A stretch of DNA of 64,000 bases, from NCBI GenBank assembly GCA_963749655.1, contig CAVVOB010000016.1, positions 1 through 64,000 on the forward strand, given 5' to 3'. Position numbers and translations under genes: made by a program. Below, piece after piece: positions 42,944-54,576 of this stretch (its first letter is position 1; every line of letters begins with the position of its first letter). The notes under the pieces were generated by a model. The model saw only the letters and a program-made list of their open reading frames with translations. It made no database searches and was not told the DNA's origin. Origin of the DNA: Nitrospirota bacterium (GTDB lineage: Bacteria; Nitrospirota; UBA9217).

Positions 42944-44983
42944 CTACGTATCCAGGACCTCCCGGACCTTCCTGATCATTTCCAGCATACTGACGGGTTT
43001 GGACAGAAAATTCGCGTCTTCTTCCATCAGGCTTTTCCGGGCTATGACGTCCTTTGTGTAGCCGCTCGTAAAGATCACCTTTATGTCCGGTTTTTCTTTT
43101 CTGATCGCTTCCAGGGTCTCCTTGCCGTTCTTTCTCGGCATGATCAGGTCGCAGATGACAAGCCGCACCGTGTCCGCGTTCCTGTGAAAGATCGCCACTG
43201 CATCTTCCCCGTCCGTCGCCTCCAGCACGGTATATCCGAATTCCTGCAGTTGGTGGCAGGTTACCATGCGGACATTCGCGTCGTCCTCGGCCAGAAGAAT
43301 CGTTTCGGTTCCTGACGGCAGCACTACTTTCTCATCGCTCAGGCTGTCCCGGAGCGCCTGAGTCGTCAACGGCAGATAGATCTTGAAGATGGTCCCTTTT
43401 CCCAGTTCGCTGTATACCCGGATAAAACCCTTGTGATTTTTAATGATGCCGTAGACCACGGCCAGCCCCAGACCGGTCCCCTTGTCCGCGCCCTTGGTTG
43501 TAAAGAAAGGCTCGAATATATGTTCCACGGTCCCCTTGTCCATGCCGATGCCGCTGTCAGACACCGCAATGACCGCGTAGGACCCACGCCGTATCTCGTC
43601 CTGGTCGGCTTGAATCGAGAAGGTATTCGTGGTGACCGTCAAAACGCCTCCGCGGGGCATGGCATCGAGGGCGTTCACGGTGAGGTTCATCAGCACCTGC
43701 TCCATCTGTCCCGCATCCGCTTCGAGGATCAGTGCCTCAGGGGCGCAGGCCACCGTAAATTGAACGTTGTCTCTGATGAGACCGGTCATCATTCTCTGGA
43801 AACCCTGAATAATGTCGTTGATGTTGACCGGTTGCAGACAGGCCGTCTGTTTTTTGCTGAACGTCAGCAGGCTCTTGGTGAGGCCCGCGGCCTTTTTGGT
43901 GGCCGAAAGGATCTGATCGATGTTGTGGCCGACGGCGTTTTCGGGACCCAGTTTTTTCTGCAGGATGCAGGCGTATCCCATGATCGCAGTCATGATGTTG
44001 TTGAAATCATGGGCCACCCCTCCCGCCAGCGTTCCGATGGCTTCCATCTTCTGGGCCAGGCGCAGCTGCTCCTCGAGCTTCTTCTGCTCGGTGATGTCCC
44101 GGAAATACCAGACCCTGCCGTAATAGTGTCCGTCTTCCCCCAGAATGGCCGAGGAATACCGGTCGAACACCCGATGGTCCTTGAGCGTAACGAGCTCCCT
44201 GCTGGTCTGCTCCCTGTGCTCGTACAGGTAGCGCACTTTTTCGAGAAACCGTTCCGGTTCGACGATCTTGTCCAGGATGGACCGGAGCGCCCGCTCGTCC
44301 GATCGGCTATCGACAACGTCGTGCGGTATTCCCCAGAGCTCGACAAAACGCCTGTTGTACGAAACCATCTTCCCCTCGGCGTCGACAACCAGGATCCCGT
44401 CCAGCGAGGTATCCTGCTGCGTGGCGAGGAGCGTGTTCCGGTACACCAGTTCCTTTTCCATCTTCTTCCGTGCATCTATTTCCTGCTGAAGGGCTGCGTT
44501 CGACTGTTCCAGCTGGCCCACCTTCTTTTCAAGCTTCCGGAACAGCGTTTCGTTGTAATCGCGGAGAAAATCCTTGTCCGACGGCCGATCTCCGGAAGCG
44601 AGCCTGCCGCCGACGGCGTCGTTCAGAATTTCATGCACCAGAGCGATCATCTCTTCCGGCTTTTTCGGCTTTACAATGAACCGCTCCGCTCCGAGACTGA
44701 GCGCAAATTCTTCGTCCTTCGGATCGGTATAGGTTGCCGTATAGAATATGAAGGGGATCGGTTTCAGACGCTCATCCGCTTTCCACTGCCGGCAGAGGGA
44801 AAAACCGTCCATGACCGGCATCAGGATGTCCGTGATGACCACATCAGGCGGCGCTTTTCGCGCAAGCTCGAGTGCTTCGGCCCCGTTGCATGCTGTGACG
44901 ACCTCGTATCCGTTTCCCTTGAGGAGCGTTTCGAGCAGGTACCGGTTCTCGGCCAAATCATCTGCGATCAGGACGCGAATCAT
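42944..44983 (-). CDS. Hybrid sensor histidine kinase (REC-PAS-HisKA-HATPase-REC)
   Basis: [30 protein letters not shown] and a C-terminal receiver. Confidence 0.95.
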   Translation of the reverse strand: MIRVLIADDLAENRYLLETLLKGNGYEVVTACNGAEALELARKAPPDVVITDILMPVMDGFSLCRQWKADERLKPIPFIFYTATYTDPKDEEFALSLGAERFIVKPKKPEEMIALVHEILNDAVGGRLASGDRPSDKDFLRDYNETLFRKLEKKVGQLEQSNAALQQEIDARKKMEKELVYRNTLLATQQDTSLDGILVVDAEGKMVSYNRRFVELWGIPHDVVDSRSDERALRSILDKIVEPERFLEKVRYLYEHREQTSRELVTLKDHRVFDRYSSAILGEDGHYYGRVWYFRDITEQKKLEEQLRLAQKMEAIGTLAGGVAHDFNNIMTAIMGYACILQKKLGPENAVGHNIDQILSATKKAAGLTKSLLTFSKKQTACLQPVNINDIIQGFQRMMTGLIRDNVQFTVACAPEALILEADAGQMEQVLMNLTVNALDAMPRGGVLTVTTNTFSIQADQDEIRRGSYAVIAVSDSGIGMDKGTVEHIFEPFFTTKGADKGTGLGLAVVYGIIKNHKGFIRVYSELGKGTIFKIYLPLTTQALRDSLSDEKVVLPSGTETILLAEDDANVRMVTCHQLQEFGYTVLEATDGEDAVAIFHRNADTVRLVICDLIMPRKNGKETLEAIRKEKPDIKVIFTSGYTKDVIARKSLMEEDANFLSKPVSMLEMIRKVREVLDT

Positions 44984-45375
44984 TTCTGTGCACCTCCGGA
45001 AGACCCCGGCTCCGCAAGATACCGTTCGATCTGGGAGAGGAATGTTTCGGGGTTGATCGGCTTTTCGAGATAACCGGTGCAGCCCGCTTCAAGAGCTTTC
45101 TCCCGGTCGCCCGACATGGCGTACGAGGTGACGGCAACAATGGGAATGGTCGCAAGGTCCTTCGACTTGCGCAATGTGCGGGCCACCGTGTAGCCGTCCA
45201 TGCCCGGCAGCTGGATATCCAGAAGGATAAGCGCGGGATGGAGGCTGGACGCCGTTTCGATGCCCTGCCGTCCGTCGCGGGCGCCGGTCACCGCGTAACC
45301 GTTTTTCTCGAGAATATAGGTCACGAGATAGAGGTTCTGCTCGTTGTCCTCTATGTAAAGGACCTTGTTGTTCAT
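44980..45375 (-). CDS. Single-domain response regulator (DivK-like)
   Basis: [20 protein letters not shown]. Confidence 0.93.
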   Translation of the reverse strand: MNNKVLYIEDNEQNLYLVTYILEKNGYAVTGARDGRQGIETASSLHPALILLDIQLPGMDGYTVARTLRKSKDLATIPIVAVTSYAMSGDREKALEAGCTGYLEKPINPETFLSQIERYLAEPGSSGGAQK

Positions 45376-47528
45376 GCCCTCCCCCGTCCTGCCGGCAGTG
45401 TAAAACTGAACGTACTCCCCCTGCCCGGCTCGCTTTCAACACCGATCTTCCCGCCCAGGAGTTCGAGCAGCCGTGTGCAGATGGACAGGCCCGAGACCGG
45501 TGCCTTCATAGCGCCGGGTGAGCCCGCTTTCGACCTGATGAAAGGGCCGGAACAGCTTCGGGAGGTCGTCCCGCGCAATCCCGATCCCGGTGTCGGCAAC
45601 GGCGGTGCGGACGAATCCGTCCCGAACACGGCAGTCGACCGTGACTTTTCCCTGTTCCGTGTACTTGATCGCATTGCTCAGAAGATTCAGCAGGACCTGT
45701 TCGACCCGCCGCTGATCGCTCGTGATGAGACCCACATCGGCGCCGATCTCCGTGGTCAGCGTCAGGCCCTTCTTCTCCGCAAGAGGACGCACCGTCCGTT
45801 CCATCTTCAGGACCGATTCGCGCAGGTCGAACGGCTCCGATCCGACCTTCAGCTGGCCCGCCTCGATCTTGGAAATGTCCAGGACGTCGTTGATCAGGGC
45901 CAGGAGATGGTCCGCGCTCTTCTGCACCATTTCCATCTGTTTTTTCTGCTCGTCGTTCAGGGGACCGGCCAGCCCCTGTCGCAGGATGCCGGTAAAGCCG
46001 ATAATGGAATTGAGCGGCGTCCGCAGCTCGTGGGACATGGTCGCCAGGAACGCCGATTTCAGGCGGTCGGCGGCCTCGGCCCGTTCCTTGGCAACGGCGA
46101 GGTCCTCGAGGGCGCAGCGCAGCTCCTGCTGGGCCCGGGACCGCTGCTCGATCTCGCCCTTCAGCCTGATGTTCGTTTCCTCCAGGGTCGTCGTCCGGTC
46201 CTTGACGAGCTCTTCAAGATGGTCCCGGTACCGAAGCAGTTCGTCCTCGGCCCGCTTGCGGCTGGTGATGTCGATGGCGCTTCCGACGACAAGCGGCGCG
46301 TCTCCGTCGTCGATCCGTCTTCCCGTAAAGAGAAAATACCGTTCTCCTTCACGGGTGTTGATCCGCGCTTCTGCCTCCGCTTCTCCGGTTCTGAAGGCCT
46401 CTTTGATGGAGCGCGCAATGACCGCCTTGTCTTCCTCCCGTATGTTGCGCAGACTGTTCATGCCATTGAGCTCATCCGTCGGGAGAGTTCGTTGAGCTTT
46501 GCCAGATACCGGTTCCAGCGCACGAGCCGGCCTGAGGCATCGATCACATAAAAGGCGCCCGGTACGCTGTCGATGATCTTTTCCGCAAATGCTTTTTCCT
46601 TCCGAAGCGCGGACTCTGCAGCATGCTGCTTCCTGATCACGAGGGAAAGAACGATCACGATCGCGGCTCCCAGGACAATGCCGACGATCCGCACCCACGC
46701 CGGCAATTTGAACTGCACCTCTTCGGACGTCCATCGTTTCAGGGAAGCGTAATATGCGGACCGGTGGTCTTGTTTCAGTTCCGTAAGACGGCGGTCGATG
46801 GCCTCCAGAATAGAGCGCGGGGCGTTCCGGGGAGCCGCAAAAAAGAAAGGGGCGGGATCGAACATGATGGGCGTATCTTCAAGCCCGTACTTCCTTGCAT
46901 ACATCAGGCCGTAAAACCGGTTGGTAAGGCCGGCGTCCGCTTTCCCCGTGGAGACCATCTCGAACTCGGTTTTGTAATCCGGCACGGGAAGGAGAATGAT
47001 CTTCAGCCCGAAGCTGTTCGTGAGCCTCTGAAAGGTTTCGAGCTGGATCGTCTGCTCCAGGGCCGCGACCCTCTTGCCGTTCAGGTCCAGTATGGACTGG
47101 ATGCGGCTGCCTTTGGGAGCATACACCTGGGACCAGACGGACAGGACCGGCACTTTGTGGAAGGAGAAGAGCTTTTCACGGTCCGTCGTATATGCCACGT
47201 CGGGCATGAGATCGATCTCCCCTTTTGCAAGGCGTTCGAGGCCCTCGCTCCACGTTCCGGGGACATAGCGCAGGTCCCAGCCTTCGCTTTTCGCGATGGA
47301 TTCGATGATGTCGATGAAGATTCCTGAGGGCTTGCCTGATTCGGAGGTGAAGACCTTTGGCGCGTTTTCATAGACGCCGACAGTCACGGTGCGGCTGCCG
47401 GCATGTACCGGCAGCGGCAGGAAGAGGAGCAACGGCAGGAGAAACAGCGTGATAAATCGAAAGGCTGCTGAAACACCGGAAAGCCGAAAATTGAGAAGGG
47501 GCGCCCTCAGTATCCTTTTTCCCGACAT
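45372..47528 (-). CDS. Sensor histidine kinase with periplasmic substrate-binding domain and PAS; frameshifts near 46480 and 45490
   Basis: SBP_bac_3-like N-terminal domain, transmembrane helix, [27 protein letters not shown]. Confidence 0.9.
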
Positions 47529-48031
47529 GCGAAGTTCCTTCCCCGGTCCGCTGTCTGCGCCGGTTCCTGCCGACGCTGATACTTTCCGTCGACTTCTGCC
47601 ATCGTGAAGCCTTCGAGCACGCCATCAGATATTTGCCGGTCGGAATTCCGAATGATTACGCGCCGGTATCAGATATCTAAAACAGTACTACAACTAACAT
47701 AAAATGTCTAGGAAAGAACAGGGAAATAAGCGATCGCTGATATTGTAGGGTTCCCGCGGGGAGGACGTTTCACGGGACCGTTTCCCGGTCTTTTAGCGCA
47801 GAACTTTGGTTTCGGCTTCATTACAGATGCTGCCTTCTCGAAGATGACGTTGTAAGACGACCGTGGGCAATTCAGGGCGATGCGGGAGCAGTTAATGATT
47901 TCGGTTGCCCGTAATGCAAAATTGCACGATCATGGAGATGCGCCCATCCCGTTCTCTGCCAGGCGGTTAGTCGTGTGATGATTACGCCGTTCCGCAGAAA
48001 GGCTCGGAAGGCAGAAAGGCTGAAGACTATT

Positions 48032-48113
48032 ATCGCGCAAAGCCTCGGAGCACGCAAGAAAAGCCAAATTCCATTTTTTCTCAATTTGCGTCTTTGCGCC
48101 TCTCTGCGCGAAA
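48032..48113. repeat. Palindromic element (CGCAAAG family)
   Basis: TCGCGCAAAG ... TTTGCGTCTTTGCGCCTCTCTGCGCGAAA. Confidence 0.65.
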
Positions 48114-48141
48114 ATCGATATTCCTCTCAAAATCGAAATAC

Positions 48142-48896
48142 TCAACGCCGGGGGCTCGCGGGCTGCATCTTCTTCAGGGAGCTGTACACCCCCTGCAGAT
48201 CAGCGACGATCGTGTCGAGATCGAACTTGTGCCAATCCAGCCGTGGCGGACTGCAGGGACGACCGGGCCTCGCGCAGGGCGCGGGCCTGTTCGGTTCCTT
48301 CGGCAGGATGATAAAGCTTCGCGTTCGCGTCGAGAAGGGCCGCGCTTTCCGTCAGCAGAAGCAGCACCGCCTTCGCTTTTTCCGGCACATAGGGAAAGAT
48401 GCCCATTCGCTCGTTGTGGCACTGCACGCATACGGCGGCTACGGTATCGGGCGTAAGAATGCCCGTGACCATGGACCCGTGGCAGGTCACGCATTCAGGC
48501 CCCTTTCCTGCCGATTGCAGGATATTGTAATGCCGGCTCTGGGAGAACTTGAAGAACTCGGCGCCGTGGCATTTGCCGCAGGTGGTCGGGATGTTCTTGA
48601 AGTAGACCGTGCTTTGAGGATCGGTCGAGCCGAGGACCCCTGCATGGGCATCCTTCTGCTCCGCTGCAAGGGGATTCCCTCCATGGCATTTTTCGCAGGT
48701 GACCCCGTGTTTCTGGTGTATCGATCCCTTCCAGCTGTGGGACTTCGCTCCCACGAAACTGCTGCCCGGAAGCCGGGAATGACAAGTGACGCAGGAATTT
48801 CCCGTTTTTTTCATCCGCGGCCTCGTCCGCGCGGGGAGCAGCAGAAGGACGCACACGAAAAGAGCGCAAAGAAGAACGCTGATCAACCTTTGCCAT
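48142..48896 (-). CDS. Pentaheme c-type cytochrome, frameshifted
   Basis: CVTCH, CEKCH, CGKCH, CVTCH, CVQCH; ATG overlaps the cytochrome b stop (TAATG); C-terminus LDWHKFDL in a shifted frame. Confidence 0.85.
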
Positions 48897-50139
48897 TATT
48901 GCCTCTCTTTCTGTTGTACCGCCGCAGCAGCGCAAAGCTGGCGCTCCACGCCGCCGCTGTTGCGACGATCGCATAGACCGTCATTGCCTTTGGGCGTGAT
49001 ATGAAGCACGTCGATGTATCCGGCCACGACCATCATGCAAAGGAAAACGATGCCCCCGATGCCCAGCGAGGTCATGAAGGGCCTGTGGAGCGGGTTTTCC
49101 ATATAAGTGCTGCGGTTCCTTTGACCGGTCGAGGAACGGTATCAGTGCGTAGGCAAGGAAGGTACACGCCGGGAAGATGACGCCGCCGATGGTCTCGGGC
49201 GTGATCTTCCCTCCCAGGATGGAAAACGACAGGTCGCCGGGCACGAGCTTCAGGAATCCGTAGACCACGAGAAAATACCAGTCAGGCCTCATCACGGGCG
49301 TTCCCGGCGACGGCGGACCGTACGTCTCTATCGGGTTCAAGGGGATATAGGTCGCCATCAGCACGATCACGAACAGCAGGAACAGGAAATAACGACAGGC
49401 TGATGACGGCCTGTTCAGGCCAGATCGGGATGCCGATGAGCCGCTTGCCGCCCTGCGCCTCCTTTCGGCCTTTGTTGGACGCGGCTCGGTATGTTTCTGT
49501 TTTATCAGGATGAGCATGTGCAGGCTGATGAGGCCGATCAGCGTGACCGGAATCAGCATGACATGCATGAAGAAGAAGCGGGGGACGGTCCCGTCCGAAC
49601 GGAAAGTCGCCGGCAAAGAGAAGACTGGACATCCAGTCCCCGATCCAGGGCATCGACTTTGCCATATAGTAGGCTATCGACGTGGCGGTCACCGAGAACT
49701 GGCTGTAGGGAAGCAGATAGCCGGTAAAGGCCGCGATCATCGCCGTGCCCCACAGGCTGAGCCCCACGAGCCAGTTTATCTCCCGCGGCTTCCGATAGGC
49801 CCCGGTAAAATAGACCCTCAGGAGATGGGCGAGAATGGCGGCTATCATGATCATGGCCGACCAGTGGTGGATGCGCCTGACGATCAGGCCCATCGGGAGC
49901 AGGTCGATCCTGACGACGCTCGCATAGGCCGCCGGGACCATTGCCCCGAAAAGAGAGACCATCTTGGTCGAAGGCTCGTAGAGAAACCCGAGGAAGATGC
50001 CGGTGACGACAAGGGTGATGAAGGAAAACAGCGCCGTTTCTCCGAGCAGGAACAACGGGTGCGTCGGAAAAGTCTTGCTCAGGAATTTGTCCTTGAACTT
50101 TTTGAGTTCCAGTCTTTCATCAAACCATTTAAAGATCAT
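48896..50139 (-). CDS. Cytochrome b of a Rieske/cytochrome b complex (unsplit), frameshifted
   Basis: WFDERL, RRIHHWSA...AHLLRV, YRKPREINW, TGYLLP, H-14aa-H pair and PDWY Qo motif. Confidence 0.92.
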
Positions 50140-50221
50140 GGCAGTGTCCTCCGCGTCCTTGGAGAGTCTTATTGCTTCTCATTTAAATTCTGAGTCAAAT
50201 TCTTAAATCAAAAAAACAATT

Positions 50222-50311
50222 ATCGCGCGGGGGCGCAGGGACGCAGAGGAAAGAAAATCTGCTCTTAAAACCTTCATGCATTTCCCGGCGACTCCGCGTC
50301 TCAGCGCGAGA
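50222..50311. repeat. Palindromic element between Rieske and cytochrome b genes
   Basis: TCGCGCGGGGGCGCAGGGACGCAGAG ... CTCCGCGTCTCAGCGCGAGA. Confidence 0.65.
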
Positions 50312-50359
50312 CGGCCCTTGATTGAGAACTCATGCCTCACTTCTCTGAGGTCAGTCTCG

Positions 50360-50975
50360 CTACACCTGCGGTCCGATCGGTCCGTTGAAATCGCTCGTAA
50401 AGGCGAGCGTGCCGTCCTCTTTCACCTTCACCCCGATCTGGGAGAGCGGGATCGGGGCAGGACCTCCCATGACCTTCGCTCCCTCGGCGGGATTGAAGAT
50501 GCTGCCGTGGCAGCGGCATTCCGTGACCGAGGCGTCGGGAGATTCCTTGTTCCTGGTCCAGTCAACGGTGCAGCCCAGATGGGTGCAGATGGCGCTGTAG
50601 GCCGCGAACCCCTTGTCCGTGAGCGACATGTCGGTGGGCGGTTTGAAGGTCTTTTCATCCAGCCTGATAAGCTGGACGAGGTTTGCGGGATTGGACGATT
50701 TGCCCGTCGGATAGGCGAGCACGGCGTCGCCGGCCTTCATCGATGAAGCCGTTACGGGCGAACCCGTGTGGTCGCCCTGGGCGATACATGAGCACGTCTC
50801 CCGGCTTGATCGTCGTTGCATAGCCTCCCCCCTTCTTTTCGGGGGCGAGCACTTTTAAGAAGGCAAAAAGAGATCCGAAAGCTCCTGCAAGCGAGGCGAG
50901 CATCACGCCGAGGGTGAACTTCCTCCGGGTGATCCCCTCGCGGTCTCTATCTTTCCCGGAGGTTCCCTCTACCAT
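50360..50975 (-). CDS. Rieske [2Fe-2S] protein, frameshifted near 50785
   Basis: Tat motif TRRKF; CTHLGC and CRCHGSIF boxes; GGPAP. Confidence 0.92.
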
Positions 50976-51232
50976 AGCAGTTCCTCCTCACGGTCCTCCG
51001 ATACCTCCCTGAAGGGGATGAAATATCGCGCAAAGAGCACGATCTCGACGCCCGCGAGCAGGAACTCGCACGCAAGCAGGGTGCCGAGGAGGTAATCGCT
51101 TCCCTTGCCGGTTATCAGGAGATAGGCGAATGCAACGCCCGCAGCGAGAAGCAGGATTGCCAGGACCAGAACCGCTGTTGCGGCGGCCTTTGGATAAGCG
51201 GGCTTTTTTTCTTTTATGATCTCAAAACTCAT
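50969..51232 (-). CDS. Small two-helix membrane subunit (FbcX-like position)
   Basis: Two transmembrane segments; overlaps or abuts both neighbours. Confidence 0.75.
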   Translation of the reverse strand: MSFEIIKEKKPAYPKAAATAVLVLAILLLAAGVAFAYLLITGKGSDYLLGTLLACEFLLAGVEIVLFARYFIPFREVSEDREEELLW

Positions 51233-51233
51233 A

Positions 51234-51966
51234 TCATTCCCTCTTTTCCAGAACGAAATACACGATATAGCCGATGATGAACAAAACGATCACGGCGCCG
51301 AAGGCGAAGAAGCCGATCTGAAAGGCATCCAGGTCGCTGGGGAACTCGGGAATGAAGGCCGGCTTCTTTCCTGTTGTTTTCTCCTGGGCGATCTTTATCC
51401 GGATGCCCGACAGCGTGTTCACCGTTGATTCAGTAACGTCCATCGGATCGATTTGATCAAAGCCCGTCGTATCCTTGTGGCAGCTTTCACAGACCCTGGG
51501 CACCTCCGGCATCGTATTGCGATGTGCGTGGTGGCAGGTAACGCAGGAGGGTCCCGCCTTTTTGGTCGAGATAGGCCTTGCCCATGATGCTCCTTGCATA
51601 CCGGTCCACCGATGCGCTGTGGCACCGGCTGCACATGGAAAACAGTCCCTTGCCGGAAGGCTTGCCCACGAAGCCGTGGGACGTTGACATGGCCCGCGAC
51701 ATCCTGTCCCCGAACTCCTGGCCGCCGAGGCTTTTCACGTCGCCGACATCGACGCTTGCATCTCCCCCGTGGCAGCGGTCGCAGGTGATCCCGTTCTGCT
51801 GGTGGATCGAGCCCTTCCATTCCATGACTGGCTGCGCCAGTTGCCCCCCGAGAAAGGTGTGGCACGCGACGCAGGCCGAAGGCCCCTGCTCCGCACGACC
51901 CTTTGTCCCGGAAAGAACGAACACCGATGCGCAGACCAGGATCAATACAGGACTTTTTATTTTCAT
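51234..51966 (-). CDS. Membrane-anchored pentaheme c-type cytochrome, frameshifted near 51560
   Basis: Signal peptide; CVACH, CDRCH, CSRCH, CVTCH, CESCH; C-terminal transmembrane helix. Confidence 0.87.
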
Positions 51967-52178
51967 GCTTTTGCCTCGTGTGTTCTATCGTTTCGGGACC
52001 CGGCTCGACCAGGGTTTCCGGACATTCATCAGTGTAAACGAAATAATTAACGTAATTCTGCGGAAAGAGGGTTAAAAGGCATACCTAGGAATTAAGTATA
52101 CCTCATCAATATTCAGAAATCACGTACCGTCGGTATTTTCTTGATAAAAAGGGGGTAACAGTGAGGGGTTTCATTCAC

Positions 52179-52528
52179 CCGGCAAGCCGTAAAAAATTCC
52201 TGGAATGTCATTGTGAGAAGAGCTTTGCTCGACGCGGAAATCTCGAATTTCTCGACTTCATCATGGCTGAGAGTGGAGCCCCCTCCGGCATCCCGACCTG
52301 TCGGGACTAAAATTGACGCGACCTCCCGGAACTGCGAACTCGCGCATGCGTGACACGTTCGTGTCACGCGCGAGTGAGCGCTTTCCACCCCGGTAGGAGC
52401 CGGGGGATGCCAAGGCGCGGGATTGCGGAGTTTATCCCGAGCAAATAGTTAGATTGCTTCGTTACACTCGCAAGGACTGCGAGGGACCCGCCCGCAAAGA
52501 CGGCTACAAGTTTTCAGCGACTTGCCGG
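52179..52528. mobile_element. Nested composite of miniature elements
   Basis: Outer inverted ends CCGGCAAGCCGTAAAAAATT / AAGTTTTCAGCGACTTGCCGG; middle GTCATTGTGAG...CTCGCAAGGAC (52207-52477); inner 153-bp element. Confidence 0.6.
52272..52424 (-). repeat. Structured dispersed element, copy 2 (153 bp)
   Basis: Reverse complement of 26936-27135 lacking the internal extra segment. Confidence 0.9.
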
Positions 52529-52538
52529 ATTATACCGG

Positions 52539-53060
52539 TCAATCGAAACGAAAAGCAGCGAGATAATCCTGCAATTTCATGCGGCCGTCGTCATCCAGCG
52601 GGTCGCAGTCCCCGGCGTCCTTCGCGCCTGAGGCTGCCAGCACTGCAAAGGCCATGCAGGTCGGCTGCCCGCAGGCCTTGCAGTTGGTTCGCGGCAGGAA
52701 TTTAAAGATAGTGAGCGGATGGGCTTTTGCCGCCCCTTCGAACTTGGGAACAATTGATTCCCGGCTGTCCCAGGCCTCATTGATCTTGCTCTTGAGCCAT
52801 TCGAGAACAGCGCGCGCCTCCGCTTCGTCCCGAAGAGCGTTGACGGCGATCTTTCGGCTGTGGACCGTCACGAGCTTTCCGTTCATTTTGAACGTTACGG
52901 ACGGGGGATTCCTGATATACGTGTCTCCGCCCAGCAGGGCATTGAGATAGGGCAGCGCATCCCCCACGTCATTATCGAGATGGGCAATGCAGTGCACCGA
53001 CTGGAAGCTGGAATTGCACGTCGGTTTGAAGATCTCCGGCTGGTAGCCGTTCAGCAGCAT
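52539..53060 (-). CDS. Fe-S cluster-binding protein (AcsC/CdhE-like C-terminal 4Fe-4S domain)
   Basis: LPYLNALL; LPRTNCKACGQPTCMAFA...CDPL. Confidence 0.88.
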   Translation of the reverse strand: MLLNGYQPEIFKPTCNSSFQSVHCIAHLDNDVGDALPYLNALLGGDTYIRNPPSVTFKMNGKLVTVHSRKIAVNALRDEAEARAVLEWLKSKINEAWDSRESIVPKFEGAAKAHPLTIFKFLPRTNCKACGQPTCMAFAVLAASGAKDAGDCDPLDDDGRMKLQDYLAAFRFD

Positions 53061-53071
53061 CGGTCCCCTCC

Positions 53072-53332
53072 TCAGGCCCCACATCCGCAGCTCTGGCCTG
53101 CGCTGCAGCCGGCCGGCGCTGCCTCTGTTCCCAGCCCTGCTGCGAAGTCATCCATCTTTGCAGCGGCCCCTTTTCTTACGGCTTTGGCAACGGCAATGGC
53201 CATGGTGATGTCCTCGTCATCGGCCCCGCTCTCCCGGGCCATTGACACATGATACTGAAGGCAGGGCTGACAGTTGGCGGTTATTGATGCCCCCACGGAG
53301 ATCAATGCTTTTGTTCGTGCGTCAAGACTCAT
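53072..53332 (-). CDS. AhpD/CMD-family protein
   Basis: ANCQPCLQYH; Cys-rich tail. Confidence 0.88.
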   Translation of the reverse strand: MSLDARTKALISVGASITANCQPCLQYHVSMARESGADDEDITMAIAVAKAVRKGAAAKMDDFAAGLGTEAAPAGCSAGQSCGCGA

Positions 53333-53458
53333 GATTATTTCCTCCTACTATTTTAGCAGTTGATTCCAATTTGCACGGTCCAATTGAACTTTTTTACACT
53401 TACTCAAGTTCGTCGAAAATTCTACATTCATCGCACCGTCTTTCCCCGTGAGAAGGCA

Positions 53459-54010
53459 TCAGCTGCAGCCGCAGCCCGCTGTCTTGTCCGATGCAGTACC
53501 AGCGCCGCACCCGGCGCCGACCGGCGCCGTGTGAGCACCAGACTTCGCCAGTTCTGCAAGCACGGCGTCCGCCACCAGCCGCGCCGCCGCCTTGCGGTCC
53601 GCTTCCGGCACCTCATCGATATCGAAGTTCTCGCTGTATTTACGGTAATAAGAAAGCGCGTCGAACTGCGCAAGTTTCTCCTTACCCACCAGGTTCTCGA
53701 GCACTCTGCCGTGACAGTGCAGGAAACAGCCGTCGATCAGCACGATCTTTTCCGCTGTCGTCATCCACTTCGCCAGCGCCGACCCCGGGACGGTCAACAG
53801 CTCTCCATGGCAGCCGCGGCGATACGGTTCCTCCTTTGCCACCATATGCGCGGCAAGCCGCGCGATCTCCCCTCGGATGCACGCGCCTTCGCAGGACAGG
53901 ACCGGAATCTTCCCTTCCTTTATGTAACGGTCTCCCGCCTTTTCTCCCGCCGGACAGTGGTTACTGGTTTTCGAAATTTCGAGGGTGAAGCGGTTATTTG
54001 TATTACTCAT
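53459..54010 (-). CDS. DGC-domain putative zinc-binding protein
   Basis: SCEGAC, GCHG, LIDGCFLHC. Confidence 0.88.
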   Translation of the reverse strand: MSNTNNRFTLEISKTSNHCPAGEKAGDRYIKEGKIPVLSCEGACIRGEIARLAAHMVAKEEPYRRGCHGELLTVPGSALAKWMTTAEKIVLIDGCFLHCHGRVLENLVGKEKLAQFDALSYYRKYSENFDIDEVPEADRKAAARLVADAVLAELAKSGAHTAPVGAGCGAGTASDKTAGCGCS

Positions 54011-54032
54011 TGTCTTCCTCCCGACTTTCTTT

Positions 54033-54551
54033 TCAATTTTTCTTTGAATGCGAAGACAAATACAACAGTAGTTGCTGTTCTTCGTCCTCACGCATTTTTT
54101 TCACAAAGCATTCGTCACTGGTACAAAGATTTTTTGACCAGTAGTCCGGCGTGTGAGATTCCGGCGCGATAAGATCGTGACATCGTCCACAGTGAGATTC
54201 GTACAGATTTTTACCCGTCCTGACGTCAGCCATGTAATTCTGCACCGTGGCGAGAGCTTCTTTGGAAGAATTTTTTGTGCACTCGTCTCTGGCAGGAACG
54301 GATAGAGCAGGGTCCGGTACCTTGTGGCAGATACTGCAAGTCGATGCAAATGCGCGCCCGGCATCGTGATAGCTCTGCTTCAATAGGACTGTCTTTTTCT
54401 CTGCTGCGGGCGGGATGTCTATGGATGCTGCCTTGGCGGGGAAAAACAGGATGCTCAAGAGCACCGTAGAGACAAACAATGCGGCAATGGCGTGGATACT
54501 GGGATGTAACGTCTTCTTCCCTGTAATAGGGGACAGTCTTTCATATGACAT
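54033..54551 (-). CDS. Diheme c-type cytochrome
   Basis: Signal peptide; CSICH and CGRCH; RBS AGGAGG. Confidence 0.8.
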   Translation of the reverse strand: MSYERLSPITGKKTLHPSIHAIAALFVSTVLLSILFFPAKAASIDIPPAAEKKTVLLKQSYHDAGRAFASTCSICHKVPDPALSVPARDECTKNSSKEALATVQNYMADVRTGKNLYESHCGRCHDLIAPESHTPDYWSKNLCTSDECFVKKMREDEEQQLLLYLSSHSKKN

Positions 54552-54576
54552 TTTCTCACCTCCTCCTTTTGACCGT

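Noticed and set aside
43433-46551. Long plus-strand ORFs of 546 and 437 aa, and many similar ORFs in the track
   Set aside because: Antisense shadows of GC-rich genuine genes, with no motifs or RBS.
47530-48030. Long intergenic region as a riboswitch (for example c-di-GMP)
   Set aside because: Only isolated short hairpins; no recognisable aptamer consensus.
53347-53461. DGC gene ends GCGCS-TGA-TGC with an open frame continuing about 37 codons (possible second Sec)
   Set aside because: Only a weak hairpin follows, the extension resembles nothing recognisable, and Cys-rich tails ending at the stop are common in this island.
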